From assembly GCA_002269645.1 (NCBI GenBank), contig NIVC01001207.1, forward strand, positions 1 through 18,822: a DNA stretch of 18,822 nucleotides, written 5' to 3'. Source of the stretch: Macrostomum lignano (taxonomy: Eukaryota). Shown here piece by piece: positions 10,197 through 18,822 of the stretch. A model generated the notes under the pieces. The model did not search any database, had not been told where the DNA came from, and was given only the letters and a program-made list of their open reading frames with translations. Position 1 is the first letter of the stretch. Each line of letters opens with the position of its first letter. The translations under genes were made by a program, and so were the position numbers.

Positions 10197-11373
10197 CAGT
10201 GTTGGGCAAGTTACTCAAAAAAAGTAACTTGCGTTACTGTAACTTAAGTTACCACTTTTTAAAAAGTAACTTACGTTAGCCTAGTAACTTTGAACAAAAA
10301 CCCGGTAACTTTTAAGTTACTTCCGTTACTTACTTCCGTTACCTATGTTATAAACAAAATTTTCTGCTTTTTTAACATTGCAAATGTGCTGGAACAGCAC
10401 AAATGATCGCGAAAGCCAGAAGGAAAAATACAACAAAATTAATTTCAGTAACTGTATTAAATTTTAATCACTTTAGGCCCTTTCCGTAAAAAGAAGAGAA
10501 GCTGAAGGTCAGAAACGTTAAAGGCAAAACGCAATTTAATTTTTAATAACATTATAAGTTATAATACACAAGGACAACTTAACGTAACTTCAGTTGTCCT
10601 TGATAATACATCGCTCGTAATAAGTACCTGGCTTTACTCCACTCTACAGTCTGCTTTACTAGTCTTTTTATTTTCAATTATTTGAAATTTTTTTCAATTT
10701 TTTCAATTATTTTTCAATTCATTAATATTAAATTATTGTGCAGTGCAGTGCAGTGCCAGTGGACTTTAGTGGTGTAGCCAGGGAGGCCGCCTTAACAATC
10801 GTTGGGGCGGCAACTTCACCCCACCTGCAAGACACCCCACCAGGGGGGGGGGTGGGGTTGGGCGTGGCGGGTGCATGAGGCATGGCCAGCCAGGTCAACC
10901 CGCCCCCCCCCCCAATTAAAATTCCTGGCTACGTCGATCACTGAGTGGATTTGTGGAGACTACAGATGAATTTCTTTCTTTGGTTGTTTGTTTCTAAGAA
11001 CTAAACAAAATATTTTTATTAACTTAAAAACGAAAAGCAAAAATATTTTACCGAAAATAACAAAGTAAAAACATGTTTCAAGTATTTCTTTATTAATTAC
11101 AGCGTAATACCGTATGATATTATTCACTTAGTTTTGAATTTAAGAATGAAAAATGCTAAAAATGTGACAACTGGCGTAATAGCTAAGCATATCAGTTTTA
11201 AATTTAAATATTGCGATTGTTGCAAAGTAACTGTAACGGACTTCCGAAATTTGAGTAACTTACCGTTACTCCGTTACCAAAATAGGAAAGTAACTTGCGT
11301 AAGGAACGCTTTACGAAAAAGTAACTTGCGTTACCATTTACAAGTTACTCGGTAACGGAAGTGCCCAACACTG
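10197..11373. mobile_element. Non-autonomous hAT DNA transposon, 1177 bp
   Basis: 12-bp TIRs CAGTGTTGGGCA / TGCCCAACACTG. Perfect 8-bp TSD AAAAACAA (10189-10196 and 11374-11381). About 20 subterminal GTAAC/GTTAC motifs clustered at both ends. No transposase ORF. Confidence 0.92.
10767..10943. mobile_element. Small GC-rich MITE nested in the hAT element
   Basis: Imperfect TIRs TAGTGGTGTAGCCAGG ... CCTGGCTACGTCGATCACTG. Flanked by near-duplicate AGTGGACTT / AGTGGATTT. G/C-run-rich interior contrasts with the AT-rich host element. Confidence 0.7.
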
Positions 11374-11584
11374 AAAAACAAGAGAGAGAAAAGAGAAGTC
11401 TCAAAGAACCAGAGGGATTAAGAGAGGAAAAACATTTTTTTGCATATTGAAGGTACTAACTAACATAAGAATGTCATGTAAGTAATGAATATATATATGC
11501 CTATATAATTAATTATAAATAGAACCCTATATCTAACAAAATTTTCAACAAATTATCAAACCAATAGTGAAATATAGGAATAAA

Positions 11585-11620
11585 AATAAATAATAATAAA
11601 TAATAATAATAATATATATA
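11585..11620. repeat. Imperfect (AAT)n/(AT)n microsatellite
   Basis: AATAAATAATAATAAATAATAATAATAATATATATA read directly from the sequence. Confidence 0.8.
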
Positions 11621-12210
11621 AAGATTAAAGATAACTGAAAGCCAAAAGGTTTTTTGCAAATAAATAATTCTGTATTATTTTAATACAAAGAATTGCAAGC
11701 AAACAGAAACTGCCAACTGGTAATAAAAGAAAACTAAAGAAAAAAGTTGCAGCAATATAACTTCTAAAAATAGGCCTAGGACTAGGTGCTATAAATATCC
11801 ATATCTTTAAGATAGTATGTAGTACATTATAGTATTATTGTTAAAAGTAGAAAAAAGTATTTTAGTAAAAAATACATTCAGAAATTAAAAAAAGCCAATA
11901 TAATAAACTTTAGCCTTGTTGTTCCTAGGCCTATGTGAAAACAACTTCAATAGGCCCTATGCTAAATTATATACTCAATACAAATTAAAGCATAGGTTAA
12001 GGGTTAACTATAGCAATATCTTATTGGTTGGATAGATTAAAAACAAATAGTAAACTATCATTTGACTTGTCTGACACTAACATGTCATTAGGCCTAAGCA
12101 TGAGTAGGTCCTATATGAGATTAGTCTTCAAGTCTTCCAATAATTGAATTTGGCATGATATATTAAATATATATAGGGAAATTATTGATTTGACAATTTT
12201 TACCTTAAAA

Positions 12211-12470
12211 TAGGGTAAGATCTCATCAACCGAACATGAAAGTGTCATTTTTCGACATTCTCTCATAGATAGGAAAGAAAGTTTTATATGTAATGAAATG
12301 AAACTACCCCGAAGTTGTTTAAAACATTTTTTTCTTTCAAATGAATGTTCGCTTTACTTGATTGCACAAGTAGAAAGAAAGTTATTGATGATTTTATATC
12401 AAAACCGAACGATGATTCTAGGGTATCTTCAAACCGAACAGGATATCTGATGTTCGGTTTTTGTGTTTGA
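12211..12470. mobile_element. Probable terminus of a TA-targeting (Tc1/mariner-pogo-like) DNA transposon
   Basis: TA|GGGTAAGATCTCATCAACCGAACA at 12211-12236 is repeated internally as TAGGGTATCTTCAAACCGAACA (12419-12440). Further AACCGAAC copies at ~12403 and inverted at 12451-12460. No matching opposite end found in the window. Confidence 0.45.
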
Positions 12471-13478
12471 ACACTAATAACTTTTTTATTTCTTGTTCGT
12501 TTTTTCTGAAATATATATCATTGTAAAGATTAGTTCATACTCTTTCTAAAAGGTATAACTTTTGCATGGATAGATTCCGAAAAATATTGTTTATCTGCAT
12601 TTGAATATAGTACCCCCCATTGAACAGAAAAATCGTGATTTTTTACTTTTTTGCGATTTATTTGAACTCTTTCATGCTAAATTGATAAAAAGTTATATTT
12701 TTCTACGTATTTTAGACTTTTTTAATTAAGCAATCATTTACGAAGGTAAAAAATCCTGTTTTTTTTAAACAGACCTCATATTTTGTTCATTTCAGATTTC
12801 TTCAAAGGGACCTTCGCTTCCTAAACTTGCCTGTATTTCACCATTATACCACGATTTAAAAAAAATCAAGGTACCACTAGTTTCGTCTACTGCTCTTCTT
12901 GCTATATTATTGGTCATTTTTAAACATTAAAGAAGAAAAAGCGAAAAATTCAAGAAATAGTAAAAAAAAGTCCATTTTTCTGCAAACAAATTCTGCAAAT
13001 ATTCTGTTTCTTTTTTTCTTACCATACTCATATGTTTCTACTTCAAGTAGATGAATCCAATATGCAGAGAAAAATGCTGTAAGTTCTTAAAATTTTGTTG
13101 AAAACAATCATCTCGTTCTGAGTCTGCAGAGTCTGATGACTCTGAGCACTGAGTCATCACTGGGCCCCTTGACACAACCAGCAAGATGGGGCCGCTAAAC
13201 CCTCCCTAAAAAAGGCTCATTGGGTGCGCCTGTGCGCTTAGTATACATATTGAATACTTGTATTGCATACATTTTGTACACATACACATTGCAAAAGAGG
13301 CCACAATCCAACATTTCTCTGGGGCTAGGTCTAAACTTAATGTATACAGGCTCAAGAAGATCTTTGAAGAGAGTGCAAAACTAATTGCCACATAGGCCCA
13401 ATCGATGGCAGGCAATCGGCTGACCCTTTTTATAGGTTTAAGATATGTGCGCAGTATAATAGAGTAAACGTCTTAATA

Positions 13479-13649
13479 CAAGGGCATATAGCCAGAATTT
13501 CTAATTGGGCGGATGGGCAAGCTTGGTGGCAAGAGGGGGGGGGGAGCCAAGCCCACTGGCAATGGGGCGCTACATACTTTTACCAGCCTGGGGGGTGGGG
13601 GCGCAGCTCCCTCTTGCCCCCGACTCCTGGCAGCCAGGCTATAATACTG
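13479..13649. mobile_element. Degenerate GC-rich MITE, similar in style to 10767-10943
   Basis: Ends CAAGGGCATATAGCCAGAATTT ... CAGCCAGGCTATAATACTG share a TATAGCC/GGCTATA inverted core. G-run-rich interior. No clear TSD. Confidence 0.5.
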
Positions 13650-14536
13650 ACCTGACTTACATATTTGCGATACTGTACACAGACTATAGGCGCCAAACTC
13701 GCAGAGGCCAACTAGAGATATAGGCTCGTACATGTATACGCGAAATAGAAATACAAAAAGCAAATGCTACATACATATATGTAATACATAATTATAACTC
13801 AGCAAGAATAGCTCATCCTTAAATATTCCACAGTAATTAATATGCCGAAAGATATTAAAGATATAGACTCGAATGCACTCAAACTTTATTGAGTTTGTTT
13901 TTATGCTTCAGAATATTTGAAATGACTAAATTCGCTGGCCAATGATTAAGCCTATAAGGCACTACAAAAACGTAACTACATGTATTGTCATTCTTAATTG
14001 GATAGAAGCTAGGCCTTTTGACATTGATAGCTTCCAGGATATTGCTCAATTCCTTCTCGTCGTGACTCAAAAAGTGACAGTTGCATTTTTAATTTCTTTT
14101 TAACTGTCACCTTTCTTCCTTGGCTTCGTCGGCAGGGGCTTTTTTAACCGAGAAGGAGGCCCTTCCCTGCCGCAGCAGCAAGCATATCTTCCGCACTATC
14201 AGTTTGAGTTCATCTTTAATTATAAAAAATTCTGACATTAGTCAGGCACATAAAATAAATCCAATGGTTTTGTATAAGAACGCATAATGTTTCTATTGGG
14301 ATTACAAGTAAAAGTATTACAGTTCCATAAAAAATTTAAAGGCTTATTAAAACCTACTGTATCTAGCTCGTATGTTTTCCCATTGTTGATAATAGGCTTT
14401 TGACCCAAATTTAAATTAATGTGCGTTGGAAATGCTTGTTGCTGAGTCACCAAGTCAAAAGTCACCAATATTACGCTCGTAAGATTTATAGACATATATA
14501 GCGCCATGTATCAAGACAAGGAAAATTAATGATAAT

Positions 14537-16045
14537 GAGCAGTCAGTATGCAGTAATTTTTAGTGCGAATGTGCTGAAGCAAAATAGGCAAGCAATGCTT
14601 GTAATTTTTTTGTTTTTCAATTTTGAGTACAGTGCAAAGATGGGAGAGGGGAGCTGAGAGATGATAGGCGGAGATGAAAGAGAATAAAGAGGAAGGGAGA
14701 GGGAAGAAAGAAGATGAAAAAGGGGGTGAGAGGATAGGGCAGAATGGAGAAGGGAGAGAGGCCGGAAGATGAGAAAGGAGGGAAAAAGGAGATGAGAGAG
14801 GAGAGGGAAGAAGGGAGATGATAGGGGAGATTGGAGAGAGGAGATAGGGAAGATGAGAAAGGAAATGAGAGCGGAGAGGGAGAGGAGAGAGGAGAAGGGG
14901 AGAGAGGAAAGGATGGTAGAGAGGAGAGGGGATAGAGGGATGAGAGGGAAGATGATAAGGGAGAGAAGAGAGAAGCGACAGAAGAGGGTGAGAAGAGAGC
15001 GAGATGACAGCTGAGGAGAGGAGAGGAGAGGAAATATAGATGAGAGAGCTTGAGTCAGTGAGCAGTCATTTTAGTGCGAATGTGCTGAAGAAAAATAGGC
15101 AAGCAATACTTGTAATTTTTTGTTTTTTTTTTAGATTTTAAACTTTTGATGAAAGTCTTGTGCATGGTGATGTTTGATAGAAGCAATGTACAAGTCAAAG
15201 TGAGTTAGTATTCATTATGATTTAAATAGAGAGTGCAGGTTAGGCAATGAGGCAATTGTTGAACAATGCAGGAAATTAAATGAAAGTTAATGAGCAATCA
15301 GTGTGCAGTAATTTTTAGTGCGAATGTGCTGAATCAAAATAGGCGAGCAATACATGTACTTGTAATTTTTTTGTTTTTTTTTTCAATTTTGAGTACAGTG
15401 CAAAGATAAAGAGGGAAGATGAGAGGTGAGAGGTGAGAAAGGAGATAGAGAGCGGATGAGAGGGGAGAAGGGAGATGAGAGAGGAGAGAGAAGGGAAAAG
15501 CGAATAGATTAGAGTCAAGCTGAGAGATGATAGGCGGAGATGAGAGAGAAAGAAAAAGGGAGAGGGGAGAAAGGAGATGAAAAAGGAGATGAGAGGATAG
15601 GTGAGAATGGAGAGAGGCCGGAAGATGAGAAAGGAGGGAGAAAGGAAATGAGAGAGGAGAGGGAGAGGAGAGATGAGAGAGGAGAAGGGGAGAGAGGAGA
15701 GGATGGTAGAGAGGAGAGGGGATAGAGGGATGAGAGGGATGATGGTAGGGGAGAGAAGAGAGAAGCGACAAGAGAGGGTGAGAAGAGAGCGAGATGACAG
15801 GGGAGAGGAGAGGAAATATAGATGAGAGAGCTTGAGTCAGTGAGCAGTCATTTTAGTGCGAATGTGCTGAAGAAAAATAGGCAAGCAATACTTGTAATTT
15901 TTTTGTTTTTTTAGATTTTAAACTTTTGATGAAAGTCTTGTGCATGGTGATGTTTGATAGAAGCAATGTCAAAGTGAAGTTAGCATTCATTATGATTTGA
16001 AGGTTAGGCAATGAGGCAATTGTTGAGCAATGCAGGAAATTAAAT
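14537..16045. repeat. Tandem duplication of a ~755-bp composite unit (14537-15291, 15292-16045)
   Basis: Each unit is a ~70-bp motif (GAGCAGTCA..TTTTAGTGCGAATGTGCTGAAGAAAAATAGGCAAGCAATACTTGTAATTTTTT), a ~400-bp polypurine tract, a second motif copy and an AT-rich spacer. Motif copies start at 14537, 15060, 15292 and 15842, with a partial fifth at 16046. Confidence 0.9.
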
Positions 16046-16130
16046 GAGCAGTGAACGGTCATTTGAGTTCATAAAATTCATAAAATGTGATAGAACGATG
16101 GGGACGTAATTTCTAGGCCTAGTGATCAAC

Positions 16131-17239
16131 TCAGTGAATAAGGCGGCTGCGAGCATTCATGAGCTGATCACGGGTCCAGAGGAATCCAGGATTCCTTCCC
16201 GTAGGAAAATGGGGATTGGGTAAAACTGCGACCTCACTCACCAATGCGCTGAACTCGTCACTCTTGGCCGGGAATATGAATGGCTTTTGACCTCCAGCCA
16301 TCCAGTTTGTCACCGACTGAGTGCAGGCAGAGACAACGACTTGGCCATCGCCCTGGAGTTGAATGACTCGACACGGGTAATGCTGCCAAGCTTTTCGTCC
16401 TCTGCAAGTTGCCTGCACGGCAACCAGCACCCAGCAGTCAACGCTTAGCTCCGGCAGAGGTAGCGGCAGCATCGGCAGATAGTGCAGCTCTGGGATGTGC
16501 GCCAGCTTGATTGGTTGCCCTTCTGGGTGGCGATCCTCTGGCATGATGACTACCGGCTCCGGACGGTCAGGCTGGTAAATCTGAAAAGGCCTGTCTAAGA
16601 AATTGGCTAATGCAACGATAATAAGATGATCAGCATAGGTACTTGAACGTTTCATTTTTTGTAAATAGTCATTAAGTGGCATTTCCAAAAAGTCAACGAT
16701 ACTCTCACCATTTACATAGGAGTTTTGCTCTAGGAAAGCGCAGCTGTCTGATCGAAGTCTGTCGGCGTCGGAATTGATGCCTTCGGAACTCAGCACCTGC
16801 CGGACGGAGTCAAAAAAACAATTTCCAAAAGAATCTGCCTTACCTAAGGAGCAATTCAACGACTTCGCCTTGCTCTCAAGCCGACCTAAAGCGACGGACA
16901 TATCCAGCACGGCAGATTGGGCGACCGGTTGCTCAGCTGCGACCGTCTGCTTCGACTGCAGTCGCCGGGAACCTTGACGCTGACGCTGCTGTGCCCGAAG
17001 CCTCCGAGCGGTCTGCCGTGCGGCCTTGGCGTCCAGAGCAGCCTGACGCTTTTGCTGTCTTAGTCTGAAAAAGGCTAAAGTAGAGCGGCTAGTTAAGTTA
17101 GGATGCGGAATGTCCTGGTAAACGGACGTTCTTCTTTTCTTGCCGGAAACTGGAGTCCGGTTCCGCTTTATCGGGAACGCCATCGACTCGGCTGTTTCTC
17201 GAGCTGCGGGTGATACTGACGTCACCGAGCAAAAGGCAC
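16131..17239 (-). CDS. Last exon of a pogo/Fot1-like transposase gene: basic LTS helix + OTU-like cysteine protease domain + Tudor-like C-terminal domain
   Basis: Intact ORF of >364 codons. Acceptor TTTATTTCGTTCAG|GT at 17241-17240, phase 1. KKRR..NLTSRSTLAFFRLRQQKRQAALDAKAARQTARR resembles the post-DDE basic helix of DDE_1 transposases. OTU Cys box ADSFGNCFFDSV (Cys codon 16820-16818), helix YLQKMKRSSTYADHLIIVALANFLDRPFQIY, His box IKLAHIPELHY (His codon 16484-16482). Followed by LSVDCWVLVAV..HYPCRVI..FIFPAKSD, a Tudor-like pattern. Confidence 0.8.
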
Positions 17240-18163
17240 CTGAACGAAATAAATAATTTGTAGCTCAAACTTAGCAATCATGAAGAAAAAAATATATATG
17301 AATGATGAAGTCGATAAGCTTTTAAGTTAATGATCAGATATAAAATATAGCGCATGACTGTGTAACATAGACAGGAGATGAGAAAGAAAGAAGGGAGAGA
17401 GAAGAGGGGGAAATAAGGAAGATGAGAGGAGAGGGGAGAAGGGAGAGGATGGGAGAATGGAGAGAAGGGGAGAAGGGAGCGAAGAGGGGAGAAGGAGAGG
17501 AGGGGAGAAGGAGAGGAGGGGAGAAGGAAGAGGAGAGGGAGAAGGGAGAGGAGGGAGAAGGAGAGGAGGGAGAAGGGAGAGGAGGGAGAAGGGAGAGGAG
17601 AGGGGAGAAGGGAGAGGAGGGGAGAAGGGAGAGGGGGGAGAAGGAGAGGAGGGGAGAAGGGAGAGGAGGGAAAGGGAGAGGAGGGGAGAAGGGAGAGGAG
17701 GGGAGAAGGAGAGGAGGGAGAAGGGAGAGGAGAGGGGAGGAAGAGAGAGAGGGAGAGGAGGGAGAGAAGGGAGAGGAGGGGAGAAGGGAGAGGAGGGGAG
17801 AAGGGAGAGGAGGGGAGAAGGGAGAGGAGGGGAGAAGGGAGAGGAGGGGAGAAGGAGAGGAGGGGAGAAGGGAGAGGAGGGGAGAAGGGAGAGGAGGGAG
17901 AGGGAGAGGAGAGGGAGAAGGGAGAGGAGGGGAGGAGGGAGAGGAGAGGGAGAAGGGAGAGGAGGGGAGAAGGGAGAGCAGAGGAGAGAAGGAGGGGGAG
18001 AGAGGAGAGAGGAGAGAGGAGAGGAGAGAAAATTAGGAAGATGGTCTTAAAGTAGTGTACAATGTAATTTACAGTGTCACATCTTTTACGTCTTTAACGT
18101 GAAATTTACTTGTATACTATACGTTAATTTGAGTTTACTTTTCAAAATTTACCGACTACTCAC
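17240..18163 (-). other. Predicted 924-nt intron of the transposase-OTU gene
   Basis: Donor TCTG|GTGAGT at 18163 and acceptor TTCAG| at 17240. Phases are compatible (1/1) when the upstream exon ends in the frame reading ..DEDTVEAVEPQSEDLLDAERQS-G. Confidence 0.65.
17373..18032 (+). repeat. Polypurine minisatellite, ~17-bp unit GAGAAGGGAGAGGAGGG
   Basis: No pyrimidine found between 17481 and 17978 (498 nt) on +. Clear 17-bp periodicity at 17765-17900. Confidence 0.95.
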
Positions 18164-18822
18164 CAGACTGTCTCTCTGCATCGAGCAAATCCTCACTCTG
18201 TGGTTCAACCGCCTCGACGGTATCCTCATCGAGAGAGGGATGATGCAGTGGGCTGCTCTCGATCTGTCCTCGCTGTCAGTGCTCTGCTGGTCGGAGCTCA
18301 CGTGCTCGTCACTGATCTGTTGGCAGTTCACCTGTCCGGTCAGGCGCAGCAGCAGCTGCTGCAGTACGCGATCATTGTCGGTCGTTGCTGGCTTCGTTTG
18401 CAAGTCGTGAAGCTTAGCGGTGCCAAGAACATCCTCGAAGCAGCGCTCCACAGAGCCTGAGGCTGTTTGGCACTTTTTTGATTTAAATTTTTTCTGTGGG
18501 AGGCTAGAGGTGGGGGCGGTGTTGCTTGCTTTTAGCACGCATTCACAATCCTTCTCACCTGCTGCTTGCTGCTTAGGAGCCGGGTCTTGCCGCTTGCAGA
18601 GCTTGTCATACGCTAGAGCATCAGGGTTCCGCGGAAAAATGCCACTTTTTCGGAAGCCAGCCATGATGTTCTGCGGAGTAGCCCGCTCTGCCAGGACCTC
18701 GCGGAGCATATCACGAATCGCAGCTGGTGACAGAGTCTCCAATCGCCAGCACTCCGGGACCTGTCGGCGAGAAGCTCGCGCCATCCCATCTTGACGGGAC
18801 GAAACACAGCGAGGTCCAGAGG
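18164..18822 (-). pseudogene. C-terminal part of a DDE_1 (pogo/Fot1/CENP-B-like) transposase catalytic domain with two apparent -1 frameshifts; 5' part lies outside the window
   Basis: From the window edge the minus strand reads PLDLAVFRPVKMGWRELL (the QPLD..VF.P.K..W motif carrying the last catalytic Asp). After a frameshift near 18735-18760 it reads LSPAAIRDMLREVLAERATPQNIMAGFRKSGIFPRNPDAL (the conserved NI.xGF.x.GI.P.N motif). A second frame change near 18260-18280 leads to the splice donor. Confidence 0.85.

Noticed and set aside
13134-13159. Hammerhead ribozyme (CTGATGA followed by a stem)
   Set aside because: It is a simple 9-bp hairpin (TGATGACTC/GAGTCATCA). The required GAAA after stem II and the cleavage-site helices are missing.
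4505-17239. Functional link between TMEM127 (E3-ligase adaptor) and the neighbouring OTU protein
   Set aside because: Opposite strands, 8.5 kb of repeats apart, and the OTU sits in a transposon-derived gene. The proximity is most likely coincidental.
17422-18050. Gly/Glu/Arg-rich ORFs of ~200 aa
   Set aside because: Purine-only repeat cannot contain stop codons. The same applies to the ORFs at 9864-10218 and 15315-15771.

Overview
Eukaryotic (invertebrate animal-like) genomic DNA, AT-rich between genes and crowded with transposons. One host gene is present: a three-exon TMEM127 orthologue on + (4505-4967, 5771-5941, 7003-7583; 404 aa; two phase-1 GT-AG introns). Around it lie a PIF/Harbinger-type MITE (227-724), a decayed Mutator/MULE element with transposase remnant (1826-3614), a tRNA-derived SINE in TMEM127 intron 1, two minisatellites (23 bp and 35/36 bp), a non-autonomous hAT element (10197-11373) with a nested GC-rich MITE, an orphan Tc1/mariner-pogo-like terminus (~12211), a ~755-bp tandem duplication and very long polypurine tracts. 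The most unusual item is at the right end on the minus strand. There a spliced pogo/Fot1-like (DDE_1) transposase gene, truncated by the window edge and with two apparent frameshifts, continues into an intact exon encoding a basic helix, an OTU-type cysteine protease domain and a Tudor-like domain. Most long ORFs in the supplied track are artefacts of the repeats. All family assignments are from motif recognition by eye, not database searches.
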